Assembly (NCBI GenBank): GCA_045545475.1
Contig: JAZQAZ010000043.1
Location: 1 to 19,813 of the forward strand
Reading direction: 5' to 3'
Length of the DNA stretch: 19,813 nt
Source of the DNA: Clostridia bacterium
GTDB taxonomy: Bacteria; Bacillota; Clostridia; CAKSNL01; HGM11501
This document shows positions 7,549 through 18,027 of the stretch, piece after piece. Made by a program: the position numbers and the translations under genes. The notes beneath the pieces are model-generated. The model did no database searches. It had not been told where the DNA came from and saw only the letters and a program-made list of their open reading frames with translations. The stretch's first letter is position 1. Every line of letters starts with the position of its first letter.

Positions 7549-9957
7549 ATGTATGATTTTAAAAAGATAGACAAAAAATGGCAGGAATACTGGGACGAGC
7601 ATGAAAGCTTTGTTGCCAAAACAGGTGAGGACAAGAAAAAGAGCTTTCTCCTTGTAGAATTCCCCTATCCGTCAGGTCAGGGGCTTCACGTTGGTCATCC
7701 CAGGTCCTACACCGCTCTTGACAGCGTTGCAAGAAAGAGAAGACTTGACGGAGAAAATGTGCTTTTTGCCATCGGTTGGGACGCATTCGGTCTTCCCGCT
7801 GAAAACTATGCAATAAAAAACCATGTTCATCCCCGTATCGTTACGGAGCAGAACATTAAAAACTTTAAGCGTCAGCTTAAGTCCATCGGCTTCTCCTTTG
7901 ACTGGAGCCGTGAGATAAACACCACCGATCCCGGCTACTATAAGTGGAGCCAGTGGATTTTCCTTAAAATGTTTGAAAAAGGCCTTGCCTATAAAAAGGA
8001 AATGCCCATTAACTGGTGCACAAGCTGTAAGTGCGGTCTTGCCAACGAAGAAGTAGTCGGCGGCAAGTGCGAGCGTTGCGGCGGTGAGGTTATTCAGAAA
8101 CAGCAGAGCCAGTGGATGCTTAAAATAACAGAGTATGCAGACAGACTTTTATCCGACCTTGAAGGTCTTGACTATGCAGAGAGAATCAAGGCTCAGCAGA
8201 TAAACTGGATAGGAAGAAGCGAAGGTGCAGAGGTTAACTTTAAGATTGCAGAAACAGAGGATACATTAACCGTTTACACCACACGTCCCGACACACTTTA
8301 CGGTGCTACATATATGGTAGTGTCTCCTGAGCATCCGTTTATCGAAAAATATAAGGAAAAAATCACAAACTATGATGAGGTTCTGGCGTATAAGGAAGAG
8401 TCAGCCAAGAAGTCAGAGTTTGAAAGAACCGAGCTTGCGAAGGACAAGACAGGTGTTGCCCTTTCAGGTCTTATGGCAGTAAATCCCGTAAACGGCAAGG
8501 AAATTCCCATCTGGACAAGTGACTATGTGTTAATGACCTACGGAACAGGAGCGATTATGGCCGTTCCCGCTCACGATACAAGAGACTTTGACTTTGCAAA
8601 GAAGTTCGACCTTCCCATAATTCAGGTAATCGACGGAGACTGTGATGTTACAAAGGAAGCATTCACTGATGTTGAAACCGGCACAATGATAAATTCCGGT
8701 ATATTGACAGGCCTTTCCGTAAAGGAAGCACAGAAAAAGATTATTGACTGGTTAGAGGCTGAAGGCCTTGGCGTAAGAAAGGTAAACTTCAAGCTCCGTG
8801 ACTGGGTATTCTCACGTCAGAGATACTGGGGCGAACCCATTCCCATTGTTCACTGCGAAAGTTGCGGATATGTTCCCGTTCCCTATGAAAACCTTCCTCT
8901 TACACTTCCCGATATTGAAATGTTCGAGCCCGGTCAGAACGGAGAATCACCCCTTAACAACTGCACAGAATGGGTTAACACAACTTGCCCCAAGTGCGGT
9001 AAGGCGGCCAAGAGAGAAACAGATACCATGCCTCAGTGGGCAGGATCCTCCTGGTACTTCCTCCGCTATACCGACCCCAAGAATGATGAAGCACTTGCAT
9101 CCAAGGAAGCTCTCGATTATTGGATGCCCGTTGACTGGTATAACGGCGGTATGGAGCATACAACTCTTCACCTTTTATATTCCAGATTCTGGCACAAGTT
9201 CTTATATGATATTGGCGTAGTTCCCACAAAGGAACCCTATGCAAAGCGTAGCTCTCACGGCATGATTTTAGGAGAGAACGGCGAAAAGATGTCCAAGTCC
9301 AGAGGAAATGTTGTAAATCCCGACGAGATGGTTGAAACCTACGGTGCGGACGCATTCAGAACCTACGAGCTCTTCATTGGTGCTTTCGATCAGGCAACAC
9401 CATGGTCAACACAGGGGTTATCCGGCTGCCATAAGTTCTTAGACAGAGTTTGGAACTTAAGAGAAATGATAACAGACGGAGACGAATATTCAAAAGATCT
9501 TGAAAGTAATATGCATAAGACCATCAAGAAGGTTACTGACGACATTGAAAAAATTAAGTTCAATACTGCTATTGCGGCATTAATGGCACTTGTTAATGAC
9601 TTTTATAAGAAGGGAAGCGTAACACGCGGCGAGTATAAAACTCTTATTACTCTTCTTAATCCTTTCGCTCCCCATATCACGGAAGAACTTTGGGAAATGC
9701 TTTCCTACGGCGGTGTGCTTTCCGATACAAATTGGCCTTCCTATGATGAGGCTAAAACTGTGGACGATGAAATTGAGCTTGCAGTTATGATGGGCGGAAA
9801 AATAAAGGCGAAAATTATGGTGGCATCCGATGCAACAGAGGATGCAATAAAGGAAGTTGCTTTAGCAGATGCTAAGGTAGCTGAAGCTCTTTCGGGAAAA
9901 ACAATAGTAAAAATTATAGTTGTTCCCGGAAAGCTTGTAAACATAGTTGCGAAGTAA
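7549..9957 (+). CDS. leuS: Leucine--tRNA ligase
   Basis: [13 protein letters not shown] (HIGH), TTRPDT and [12 protein letters not shown] editing domain, [21 protein letters not shown]. Confidence 0.99.
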   Translation: MYDFKKIDKKWQEYWDEHESFVAKTGEDKKKSFLLVEFPYPSGQGLHVGHPRSYTALDSVARKRRLDGENVLFAIGWDAFGLPAENYAIKNHVHPRIVTEQNIKNFKRQLKSIGFSFDWSREINTTDPGYYKWSQWIFLKMFEKGLAYKKEMPINWCTSCKCGLANEEVVGGKCERCGGEVIQKQQSQWMLKITEYADRLLSDLEGLDYAERIKAQQINWIGRSEGAEVNFKIAETEDTLTVYTTRPDTLYGATYMVVSPEHPFIEKYKEKITNYDEVLAYKEESAKKSEFERTELAKDKTGVALSGLMAVNPVNGKEIPIWTSDYVLMTYGTGAIMAVPAHDTRDFDFAKKFDLPIIQVIDGDCDVTKEAFTDVETGTMINSGILTGLSVKEAQKKIIDWLEAEGLGVRKVNFKLRDWVFSRQRYWGEPIPIVHCESCGYVPVPYENLPLTLPDIEMFEPGQNGESPLNNCTEWVNTTCPKCGKAAKRETDTMPQWAGSSWYFLRYTDPKNDEALASKEALDYWMPVDWYNGGMEHTTLHLLYSRFWHKFLYDIGVVPTKEPYAKRSSHGMILGENGEKMSKSRGNVVNPDEMVETYGADAFRTYELFIGAFDQATPWSTQGLSGCHKFLDRVWNLREMITDGDEYSKDLESNMHKTIKKVTDDIEKIKFNTAIAALMALVNDFYKKGSVTRGEYKTLITLLNPFAPHITEELWEMLSYGGVLSDTNWPSYDEAKTVDDEIELAVMMGGKIKAKIMVASDATEDAIKEVALADAKVAEALSGKTIVKIIVVPGKLVNIVAK

Positions 9958-9979
9958 TATATCTGAAGGATAGATTTTA

Positions 9980-11257
9980 ATGAAAACCAATTACGACAGC
10001 TTAACAGAGCATAACGCCACGCTTGCAAAACAATGCATTGCGGCAGATGCTTTTGTTAAGACCTTTCCCGAAAAAGCGGCATCACTTTATGGCAAGGCGG
10101 TAAAAACCTTCCTTGCCGTAATATGCTGTAATAATGACATCGCCTTTGACAGAACCAAGGATTTAACCCCCATCAATATGATTGGAGCGGCATATTCCTA
10201 CGGTGTAATAAGCAAATACGAAAAAGGTGTGCTTGATGATATGCGCTATGCCGCATATCTTGCGGATAATCCCCGCATTGTGGGAAAGAGGATAGATACA
10301 AAAACCTTAGTTGAAAAGGTAATAAGCTTTTTCGGTATGGTAATGCGTTATTACCATCTGGAAAATGAGCAGTATTCCGAGGACAATCTGCCAATCGGGG
10401 ACTGTGAAGTGATTTCGGTTATAAAAAGCTTTGAGATGGATACCGCTTATGACAGAGTGTATCTTGCGTCGGAAGAAGGGGGAGGCTTTGCCATTGTGGC
10501 ACAGTATGCCCTTCACCGTTCTGAATCTGCGGACGAGGTATTTTCCTATCTTGCGGAGGAAGACTTAAAGCGTCGCTTTGTTTCCTGCAAGAAAGTTCTG
10601 CGTCCCGAAATTATTCCTTATCAGGAGGGAAACAATCTGATATGCGTAAAGACAAGTGTGCCGGAAGGTTATGTAAGCTTGACCTTTGACGATATTTCAA
10701 ATCTTTATACTGAGCAAAGACTAAAGCTTATTGTAAATCTTGCCAAGGTTATTTTTGACCTTCATACATCGGAAAGACCGCTGGCTCTCGGCGGGTTTGA
10801 GCCTTCTGACATCTGGGTTTCCTATAAAGGACTTAAGTGCGTAATATCTGGCCTTGAATCAAAGGTTAAGTCGTGTGTGAATACTGAAAATAATGTTAAG
10901 GCGGATATAAAAAGCTTTGCTTTTCTTGCGGCAAGCCTTCTTCCGGAGTATGAGAATATTCCCATAGCAGGTCTTCTTATAAAGCATGTGCTTATGGGTA
11001 GCGGAAAAGCTATGATGGACAGAATATATCCGGTTTTGAAAAAAGAAGCGTCTCACTTTGCTTTCGAAAGCGTTCAGCTAAAGGAGCTTTTAGGGCGTTC
11101 ACCTTCTGAGTTTTATGAAGATATTAAAAACGGACTTCTTGAAATAAAGGAAGAGGCATCAAGGCCTGCTGAAAAGGAAGTAGAGGAAAAGAAGGCAGAA
11201 GCAGGGGAAGAAGACGTTAATTTTGATGAAATGTATAACAAGGTATTTAACGATTGA
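9980..11257 (+). CDS. Hypothetical protein; probable degenerate DUF4145/HEPN-like N-terminus plus protein-kinase-like (pseudokinase) domain and acidic tail
   Basis: Long ORF with an AAGGA RBS, tightly packed in the operon. Kinase-like spacing LAKVIFDLH...LGGFEPSDIWV...VISGLE...KADIKSFA, but without HRD or DFG. Confidence 0.6.
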   Translation: MKTNYDSLTEHNATLAKQCIAADAFVKTFPEKAASLYGKAVKTFLAVICCNNDIAFDRTKDLTPINMIGAAYSYGVISKYEKGVLDDMRYAAYLADNPRIVGKRIDTKTLVEKVISFFGMVMRYYHLENEQYSEDNLPIGDCEVISVIKSFEMDTAYDRVYLASEEGGGFAIVAQYALHRSESADEVFSYLAEEDLKRRFVSCKKVLRPEIIPYQEGNNLICVKTSVPEGYVSLTFDDISNLYTEQRLKLIVNLAKVIFDLHTSERPLALGGFEPSDIWVSYKGLKCVISGLESKVKSCVNTENNVKADIKSFAFLAASLLPEYENIPIAGLLIKHVLMGSGKAMMDRIYPVLKKEASHFAFESVQLKELLGRSPSEFYEDIKNGLLEIKEEASRPAEKEVEEKKAEAGEEDVNFDEMYNKVFND

Positions 11258-11280
11258 TTAAAAAAGAAAGGGTGATTCGG

Positions 11281-11769
11281 ATGGAAAGACGGGATAAACA
11301 TAATTACTATCTGGATATTGCACAAACTGTATTGGAGCGAGGTACATGCCTTCGCAGAAATTACGGTTCTATTATCGTGAAAAACGACGAGATTCTTTCT
11401 ACGGGATACACCGGTGCTCCCAGAGGAAGAAAAAACTGCCTGGATATGGGAACTTGCCGTCGAATGATGCTGAATGTACCCAGGGGAGAACGCTATGAAA
11501 TGTGCAGAAGCGTTCATTCCGAAGCTAATGCCATAATAAGTGCATCGAGGAAAGACATGATAGGCTCAACGCTTTACCTGGTTGGCGTAGAGGCGGACAC
11601 AGGCGAGCTTGTTCATGATGCCTGCAGTTGTGCAATGTGTAAGCGTATGATAATTAATTCGGGTATCGAAACAGTTATCATCAGAAACACAGAGAGTGAA
11701 TACACCGTTACGTCCGTTAATGAATGGATAGAAAATGACGATTCGTTGGGAGATACAACCGGTTATTAA
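11281..11769 (+). CDS. dCMP deaminase family (ComEB-like) zinc-dependent deaminase, 162 aa
   Basis: TC.RR.YG.IIV, STGY.GAPRG, VHSEANA, CAMCKRMIINSGI. ATG 11281 follows GAAAGGGTGA. Confidence 0.9.
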   Translation: MERRDKHNYYLDIAQTVLERGTCLRRNYGSIIVKNDEILSTGYTGAPRGRKNCLDMGTCRRMMLNVPRGERYEMCRSVHSEANAIISASRKDMIGSTLYLVGVEADTGELVHDACSCAMCKRMIINSGIETVIIRNTESEYTVTSVNEWIENDDSLGDTTGY

Positions 11770-11778
11770 GAGGTTTTT

Positions 11779-12747
11779 ATGATACATGAGGAGATAAAAA
11801 AAGGGCTTAATCATTTAATAGAAACGGACAGGATTTTTCATGCCGTAATTTTTTCGGGTACCGAAGGAATCGGCAAAAAAACTCTTGCCCGCTCCTTTGC
11901 CATGGCCATTCACTGTGAAAGCAAAGAGATGCGTCCATGCGGTGTCTGCCCCTCTTGTATCAAACATAAAACAGGAAATCATCCTGACTTTCGAGAGGTT
12001 TATCCTGAAAAGGACAAGAAAATAATAGGCGTAAATGTGATAAGAGAAGCCTTTGAAGACTTGTATATCAAGCCACTATTATCGGATAAAAAAATAATTT
12101 TTGTCCCTGAGGCGGACTTGCTTGAGGCTCCGGGACAAAATGCAATGCTTAAAAGCTTTGAAGAGCCGCCACCATACGGAGTTATTATTCTGGCGGTGAA
12201 AAATTTGTCGACGCTCCTTGCTACAATTAAGTCCCGTGCGGTAATTTATGAGCTTAAGAGTGTATCGCAGGGCAAAATTGAGGAAATACTTAAAGAGAAA
12301 TATCCCGAAAAGGCAGATGAAATTACTTTTATTGCAAGCTTTTCCGGAGGTATTATAGGAAAAGCGATAGCTCTTTGCGAAAGCGAGGAGTTTGCAGTTT
12401 TAAGAAAAGATGCGATAAATCTTATGCTGTCATTTCCGAAAAGCAGATATGCATCAATTAAGCTTTCGGATTTTTTTAAGGAGAGAGAGGATAAAGAAAA
12501 TATTCTCTTGGATATAGCCTTAAGCTTTTTCCGGGACCTTTCGGCAGCCAAAGAGGGGCTGACGGATTTAATTAATTCGGATTTTTCGACGGAAATTATA
12601 AATGCATCGAAAAACGTAAGTAAAACGGGTGCGGCAAAGGCTCTTTTCCTTTTGGCGGAGGCTAAAGGAAAAAAATCAAAAAATGCAATTTACGATTTGT
12701 GGATAACTAATCTTTTTATAGAAATGTGGGAGGTAATAAATGGTTAA
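11779..12747 (+). CDS. holB: DNA polymerase III delta-prime subunit
   Basis: HA.IFSG..GIGK, Zn finger C..(x)..PCGVCPSC, HPDF, NAMLKSFEEPP, TIKSR; lies directly before yaaT. Confidence 0.92.
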   Translation: MIHEEIKKGLNHLIETDRIFHAVIFSGTEGIGKKTLARSFAMAIHCESKEMRPCGVCPSCIKHKTGNHPDFREVYPEKDKKIIGVNVIREAFEDLYIKPLLSDKKIIFVPEADLLEAPGQNAMLKSFEEPPPYGVIILAVKNLSTLLATIKSRAVIYELKSVSQGKIEEILKEKYPEKADEITFIASFSGGIIGKAIALCESEEFAVLRKDAINLMLSFPKSRYASIKLSDFFKEREDKENILLDIALSFFRDLSAAKEGLTDLINSDFSTEIINASKNVSKTGAAKALFLLAEAKGKKSKNAIYDLWITNLFIEMWEVING

Positions 12748-13615
12748 GGTAGTTGGAATACGGTTTAAACCCGTAGGAAAGATATATTTCTTCGACCCCT
12801 CAGGAATTGATTTTGAAGAGGGCGATTATGCTGTTCTGGATACTGCACGAGGTGTTGAGTGCGGATATGTCGCACAGAAAAATCACGAGGTTATGCCTTG
12901 TCAGGTAATTGAGCCTTTAAGAAAAGTAATAAGAAAAGCGACAGACGAGGATAAAAAAAGGCTTGAAGCAAACCGCCGTCGTGAGGATGAGGCTTATAAA
13001 ATCTGTGCCGATAAAATTACGGAGCATAAGCTTGATATGAATCTTGTGGATGTTGAATGTGCATTTGACGGAAGCAATCTTCTTTTCTATTTCACTGCTG
13101 ACGGAAGGGTAGATTTCAGAGAGCTTGTAAAGGACTTGGCAGGAGTGTTCCGCACAAGAATCGAGCTTCGTCAGATCGGTGTAAGGGATGAAGCGAAAAT
13201 GATTGGCGGCGTGGGTATATGCGGAAGAACCCTTTGCTGTCACGGCTATCTTGACACCTTTGATACAGTATCCATCAAAATGGCAAAAGAGCAGGGACTA
13301 TCCTTGAATCCCACCAAAATTTCAGGCTCCTGCGGAAGATTAATGTGCTGTCTTAAGTACGAGCAGGAGGCGTATGAGGATCTTACAAGATCCATGCCAA
13401 AGGTCGGAGCACTGGTTGAAATTCCCGGAGGCAGCAAGGGAACAGTTGAAAAAATTGCTCTTCTTCGCCGTATAGTAACCGTAAGAATTGACGGAAATAA
13501 CACCTCCGATTTAAAGGATTTTCCGGCTGACGAAATAAAAGTTCTCCGAAACGGAAAGGCTCGTTCTGAGACGGATAGCGACGTAAACGAAGACGATCTT
13601 AAGAATCTTGAATAA
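12740..13615 (+). CDS. yaaT: PSP1-domain protein YaaT/RicT (stage 0 sporulation family, Fe-S)
   Basis: FYFTADGRVDFRELVKDLA..FRTRIELRQIGVRDEAK, GICGR.LCC, KISGSCGRLMCCLKYE. Confidence 0.96.
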   Translation: MVKVVGIRFKPVGKIYFFDPSGIDFEEGDYAVLDTARGVECGYVAQKNHEVMPCQVIEPLRKVIRKATDEDKKRLEANRRREDEAYKICADKITEHKLDMNLVDVECAFDGSNLLFYFTADGRVDFRELVKDLAGVFRTRIELRQIGVRDEAKMIGGVGICGRTLCCHGYLDTFDTVSIKMAKEQGLSLNPTKISGSCGRLMCCLKYEQEAYEDLTRSMPKVGALVEIPGGSKGTVEKIALLRRIVTVRIDGNNTSDLKDFPADEIKVLRNGKARSETDSDVNEDDLKNLE

Positions 13616-13672
13616 AAGTAAAAGACACGAAACATATGCCGAGTGTTCTTAGGGACAGTTATATCATATTAT

Positions 13673-13717
13673 AAAAGAAAGAACAAGAATTCAAATTTTG
13701 ATTCTTGTTCTTTTTTT
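13673..13717. terminator. Bidirectional intrinsic terminator between convergent yaaT and the DeoR gene
   Basis: Perfect 13-bp stem AAAGAACAAGAAT (13678-13690) / ATTCTTGTTCTTT (13701-13713), with an A-rich left flank and a T-run on the right. Confidence 0.8.
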
Positions 13718-13740
13718 GTTTAAACAAATTGAACCGTTTC

Positions 13741-14472
13741 TCAAAGTATCTTACATTCTGAATTTAATTCTTTCCAGACTGTATCAAATATGGCGATATC
13801 AATATCATTTATTGATGCGAGTGTATATAGTGATTTTCTGTTGAATTTTTCGCTGTCACATAAAAAAACACTTTGTTTAGTATTTTCCAGCATAAGAGAA
13901 CGAAGATAGTTTTCTTCTTCTGTAGGGTCAGAAATAATTCCGTTTTTATCCAGCGCATAAGACGAGAAAAACAAAATGTCCGTATGAATTTCAGAAATCA
14001 CTCTATAGCTCTGAGGTCCTGATAGTACGGCGGAGTTATTCACACTGCTCCCACCGACACAATGCGTTTTAATGCCATAGTTTATGGCGTTAATGGCCGT
14101 AATCATATTATTTGTGAAAAGGGTTACATCTTTATGCTTTGCAATATAAGGAATTAAAAAACCGGCAGTGCTTGAACCGTCTAACATTATAATCTGTCCA
14201 TCATAGATGAGGGTTTCGGCTTTTTTGGCTATTTTCCTTTTTGCAATGGTGTTTTGCATCAAACGATTGTTAAGCGGAGCTACCTGATTTGCATTTAATA
14301 TATTAGCCCCTCCATGTGTACGCTTGATAAAATACATATTTTGCAGTTTGGTTAAATCACGGCGAATGCTTGATGCGGAAGTATATGTTAATTGGGAAAG
14401 TTTATCTACTGTCATAAATCCGTTTTCGTTCAATAATTTCAAAATTTGTTCTTGTCTTTCTGAAATGCTCAT
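13741..14472 (-). CDS. DeoR/GlpR family transcriptional regulator, 243 aa
   Basis: ERQEQIL..L...SASSIRRDL..L...RTHGGA HTH; K..IAKKA, MLDGSST, TNN, LCDSEKF. Start moved to ATG 14472, where the family N-terminus begins. Confidence 0.95.
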   Translation of the reverse strand: MSISERQEQILKLLNENGFMTVDKLSQLTYTSASSIRRDLTKLQNMYFIKRTHGGANILNANQVAPLNNRLMQNTIAKRKIAKKAETLIYDGQIIMLDGSSTAGFLIPYIAKHKDVTLFTNNMITAINAINYGIKTHCVGGSSVNNSAVLSGPQSYRVISEIHTDILFFSSYALDKNGIISDPTEEENYLRSLMLENTKQSVFLCDSEKFNRKSLYTLASINDIDIAIFDTVWKELNSECKIL

Positions 14473-14536
14473 TTCTTCACAATTCCTGCTCGTTTTATAT
14501 TTTTTTATGATTGTTTTTCTGATTTGTCGCCGAATA

Positions 14537-14565
14537 TTGAAAACAATCAATCAGCTGATTATAAT
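14537..14565 (+). promoter_or_regulatory. Sigma-A promoter of the araD-like operon
   Basis: TTGAAA-17 nt-TATAAT; the spacer carries the palindrome AATCAGCTGATT. Confidence 0.7.
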
Positions 14566-14591
14566 TATAGCATAAAAAGATAATTTGTCAA
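14564..14591 (-). promoter_or_regulatory. Sigma-A promoter of the DeoR gene
   Basis: On the - strand: TTGACA-16 nt-TATAAT with extended -10 (TGcTATAAT). Confidence 0.7.
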
Positions 14592-14605
14592 TATGAGGTG
14601 ATATA

Positions 14606-15304
14606 ATGTTGGAAAATATGAAAGAGAGAGTGCTTAAAGCAAATCTTACTTTGAAGAATGAAAATCTAATTATGTTGACTTGGGGAAATGTATCGGAAAT
14701 CGATAAAGAAACTGGCTATGTTGTAATAAAACCCTCAGGTGTGGATTATGAAAACATGAATGCCGATGATATGGTTGTAGTTGACCTTTCCGGGAAAGTG
14801 ATTGAAGGGAAATGGAATCCTTCTTCTGATACCCCCACTCATTTAGAATTATACAGAAGTTTCCCCGAAATTGGTGGAATCACCCATACCCACTCAAGAT
14901 GGGCCACAATTTTTTCGCAATGCGGAATGGATATTCCGGTGCTTGGTACAACGCATGCCGATACTTTTTACGGGGTTGTTCCTTGCACCCGAAAGATGAC
15001 TGCAGCCGAGATAACAGGGGAATATGAACTTGAAACCGGCAAAGTTATTGCAGAGCTTTTCACCAAAGAAACTATTTGTAGCATTCCCGGGGCTCTCGTA
15101 TATTCTCACGGCCCTTTTACCTGGGGAAAGGACGCGAAAGATTCTGTGAAAAACGCAATTATTTTGGAAGAGGTAGCAATGATGGCATGGCATACTATTA
15201 TGATGAAACCCGATATGAAATTCCAGAAAGAACTTCTTGATAAGCACTATTACCGAAAGCATGGGGAAAATGCCTACTACGGTCAGAAAAAGGAGATAGA
15301 TTAA
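14606..15304 (+). CDS. araD: L-ribulose-5-phosphate 4-epimerase (AraD/UlaF/SgbE class II aldolase fold)
   Basis: [64 protein letters not shown]; GAGGTG RBS. Confidence 0.95.
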   Translation: MLENMKERVLKANLTLKNENLIMLTWGNVSEIDKETGYVVIKPSGVDYENMNADDMVVVDLSGKVIEGKWNPSSDTPTHLELYRSFPEIGGITHTHSRWATIFSQCGMDIPVLGTTHADTFYGVVPCTRKMTAAEITGEYELETGKVIAELFTKETICSIPGALVYSHGPFTWGKDAKDSVKNAIILEEVAMMAWHTIMMKPDMKFQKELLDKHYYRKHGENAYYGQKKEID

Positions 15305-15306
15305 CG

Positions 15307-16560
15307 GTGTTTGATGATATCATAAAAAATATTTATGATTGTAAGTGCGAGCATATTCACACTATATCATTGCAAAAGATAGTATGCAAAGAAAATGCGT
15401 TAGAGTTTGCTCCCGGAATTATTGCTGAATTTTCAAAAAATAATAAAGTTACAATGGTGTGCGATGACAACACCTACATTGCAGCGGGAAAGACATTGGA
15501 AGAAAAATTTGATTTTTACCAGATTATCAAACTTGACAGTAACGGACTTCATGCCAACGAAAAGGGCGTTGAGATGGTTTTGGATGTGGTAAAACCCGAT
15601 ACAGACCTTTTGGTTGCTGTCGGTTCAGGCACAATTCATGATATTACAAGATATGTTGCAGCTCAGAAAAATATTGACTTCGTTTCCGTTCCTACTGCTC
15701 CCAGTGTAGATGGATTTGTTTCAACAGTTGCTGCTATGACATGGAACGGTGCCAAAAAGACACTGTCTGCCGTTGCCCCCATTGCTATGGTCGCTGATTT
15801 AAATATTATTGCCTGTGCTCCGCAAAAACTGATTGCTGCAGGCGTCGGTGATATGATAGGCAAATACACATCTTTGCTGGATTGGAAAATTGCGAACCTT
15901 GTAAGCGGTGAATACATATGCGATTATTTAATCGGGCTTGAGGAGGAGGCAATTAAAAAGGTTGCTGCAAGTATAGATAAAATAAGTCTCGGAGACAAAG
16001 AAGCAATCGGCGACTTGTTCTATGGTCTTGTTCTTTCGGGGCTCGCTATGCAAATGTGCGGCAATTCAAGGCCGGCTTCAGGCAGCGAGCATCATATCTC
16101 TCATTTTATTGAAATGGGTGCAATGGGGTTAGAAAGTGAAGCTTACCACGGAGAGAAGGTTGGTGTGGGACTGGCTCTTGCGTGCGACAAATATAAAGAA
16201 ATGGCGTCTCTTTTGGATAACACTTTATCTGTAACAGAAAATTATCAATTGCCAAAAGATGATATAAATAATGTTTTTGGTTCTCTTTCCGGTGAAGTTT
16301 TAAGTGAAAACGAAAACGATTGTTTAAGCATGGTGGATATAAAAAGAGTTTCAGAATGTATAGAGGAGATTAAGGGCTTGATTGACGAACTTCCGTCAGG
16401 AACTGAAATAAGAGAAATGCTCAAAAAGGTAAACGCCCCATATACATTGGAAGATATAGGTGTTGCATCAGAATATAAAGAAAAAATCCTTAGATTTTCT
16501 CCTTTTGTCAGAAACAGACTTACCTTTATGCGACTTCTGCATTTATTCGAAGCCGTATGA
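15307..16560 (+). CDS. sn-glycerol-1-phosphate dehydrogenase family protein (AraM/EgsA-like)
   Basis: GSGTIHDITRY, PTAPSVDGFVS, AGVGDMIGK...DW, SRPASGSEHHISH, HGEKVGVG; AAGGAG RBS before the GTG start. Confidence 0.9.
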   Translation: MFDDIIKNIYDCKCEHIHTISLQKIVCKENALEFAPGIIAEFSKNNKVTMVCDDNTYIAAGKTLEEKFDFYQIIKLDSNGLHANEKGVEMVLDVVKPDTDLLVAVGSGTIHDITRYVAAQKNIDFVSVPTAPSVDGFVSTVAAMTWNGAKKTLSAVAPIAMVADLNIIACAPQKLIAAGVGDMIGKYTSLLDWKIANLVSGEYICDYLIGLEEEAIKKVAASIDKISLGDKEAIGDLFYGLVLSGLAMQMCGNSRPASGSEHHISHFIEMGAMGLESEAYHGEKVGVGLALACDKYKEMASLLDNTLSVTENYQLPKDDINNVFGSLSGEVLSENENDCLSMVDIKRVSECIEEIKGLIDELPSGTEIREMLKKVNAPYTLEDIGVASEYKEKILRFSPFVRNRLTFMRLLHLFEAV

Positions 16561-16587
16561 ATTATAAAAAGGAAAGAGGCTTTATAT

Positions 16588-17937
16588 ATGAATTGTGTTA
16601 CATTTGATATTTCCAAGAAATTTGATTGCGATGTTTTTGTTTGCGGAGGCGGTGTGGCAGGTATTGCCGCAGCGGTTTGCGCTGCAAGAAATGGTGCAAA
16701 TGTTATCCTTGCTGACAACAACGGTTATCTTGGCGGATCTGCAACTGCGGGTATGGTAGGAACATTTATGACCTGTATGGATACTAAAGGCGAAAAGCAG
16801 ATTATTAAAGGATTTTTTGAAGAATTTGTTCAGGAACTGCTTAAAGAAAACGGAGCGAGATACCATGCTGATTGTCCGGGTTGTGACAGTTATAGCGGTT
16901 ATCGTGAGACAGGACATATCGGGGTTACTCCATATGACTTTGAAGCTTTTAAACGTGTGGCAGAAAGATTATGTAAGGAATCAGGCATGAAGCTTATTTA
17001 TCATGCGACTCTTATTAAAAGCGAAGCCGTTGACGGCAAGGTGAAAACCGCATACCTTGCCTTAAAGGATGGTATATACCAAATCAATGCGGATATCTTT
17101 ATTGATACCACCGGTGATGGTGCTTTGGCATATCTGGCAGGAGCTGAAACAATGTATGGTGATGAAGAAGGAACAATACAGAATTCCACTCTTTTCTGTA
17201 CAATCAACGGGGTTGATAAAGAGATGCTTGATGAATATGTTGCTAACAGTAAAGATGCCCGTGAAAGATTTTATATGGATCTGATCGAGGAAAGCCGCAA
17301 AAAAGGAGAATTCCCTTGCGGTACATATAAACTCCGCTTGTTTGAAGGACTTAATGGCTACTGGAATGTTAATATGGCACAGGTAGATGAAGATATTGAT
17401 GTTTTGGATGGCGAGGCTATTACTGAAGCAGAAATTTCGCAAAGAATACAGCTTGTGGAGATTATAAACTTTCTTAAAGCGAACATCCCTTCATTAAAGG
17501 ATATAAAAATGGTTACGTCAGCCGCTGCTTTGGGCATACGTGAAAGCAGGCGTGTTGTCGGAAATCACATTTTAACAGCTGATGATATAAGTAATTCAAC
17601 AGATTTTGCCGACAAGGTTGTTGCCTGCGCAAACTCTATTGACATTCATTGCAAAGACCGCGTTAACTATATAACACGAAAAAGTGAGAAGAACTATTAT
17701 ATTCCGCTCGGAAGCCTGATAGTAAAAGGATTTTCAAATCTTCTTGTGGCCGGCAGATGTCTTTCTGCTGACAGATTTGCTCTTGCCGCAGTAAGGGTTA
17801 TGCCACCGTGCTTTGCTATGGGAGAAGCAGTAGGCGTAACAGCGGCACTGGCGTGCAAAGGGAATAACGATGTCAATGCTGTTAATGTAAAAGAGGTTCA
17901 GGATATTTTAATTAAAAATAACGGATATCTGGATTAA
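16588..17937 (+). CDS. FAD-dependent oxidoreductase (FAD_oxidored family)
   Basis: DVFVCGGGVAG..AA..AAR.GA, LGGSATAG, FIDTTGDG.LA, GIRESRR..G, NLLVAGRCLS, RVMPPCFAMGEA.G. Confidence 0.9.
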   Translation: MNCVTFDISKKFDCDVFVCGGGVAGIAAAVCAARNGANVILADNNGYLGGSATAGMVGTFMTCMDTKGEKQIIKGFFEEFVQELLKENGARYHADCPGCDSYSGYRETGHIGVTPYDFEAFKRVAERLCKESGMKLIYHATLIKSEAVDGKVKTAYLALKDGIYQINADIFIDTTGDGALAYLAGAETMYGDEEGTIQNSTLFCTINGVDKEMLDEYVANSKDARERFYMDLIEESRKKGEFPCGTYKLRLFEGLNGYWNVNMAQVDEDIDVLDGEAITEAEISQRIQLVEIINFLKANIPSLKDIKMVTSAAALGIRESRRVVGNHILTADDISNSTDFADKVVACANSIDIHCKDRVNYITRKSEKNYYIPLGSLIVKGFSNLLVAGRCLSADRFALAAVRVMPPCFAMGEAVGVTAALACKGNNDVNAVNVKEVQDILIKNNGYLD

Positions 17938-18027
17938 TAACAAATATTATTTTGATAAATGAAGTAATTGTAGGAGAAGTTTGATACTTTAATAATATAA
18001 AACTTACAAGAAATCCGGGAAATAAGC

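Noticed and set aside
13647-13655. TCTTAGGGA as inverted match to TCCCTAAGA at 133-141 (possible IS/MITE end or att core)
   Set aside because: Only 9 bp, expected by chance in 20 kb. No transposase or integrase is present.
13636-13674. 12-codon ORF MPSVLRDSYIIL after yaaT
   Set aside because: No Shine-Dalgarno, and too short to support.
14473-14550. N-terminal extensions given by the ORF track (DeoR; likewise mgtE, obgE, the RyR protein, DUF378 and the deaminase)
   Set aside because: Downstream starts have better RBS spacing and match the family N-termini.
15307-16560. Archaeal-type ether lipid synthesis or recent archaeal transfer suggested by G1P dehydrogenase
   Set aside because: The ~417-aa length and N-terminal C-x-C-x-x-x-H fit the bacterial AraM type. 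No prenyltransferases are nearby and the context is catabolic.
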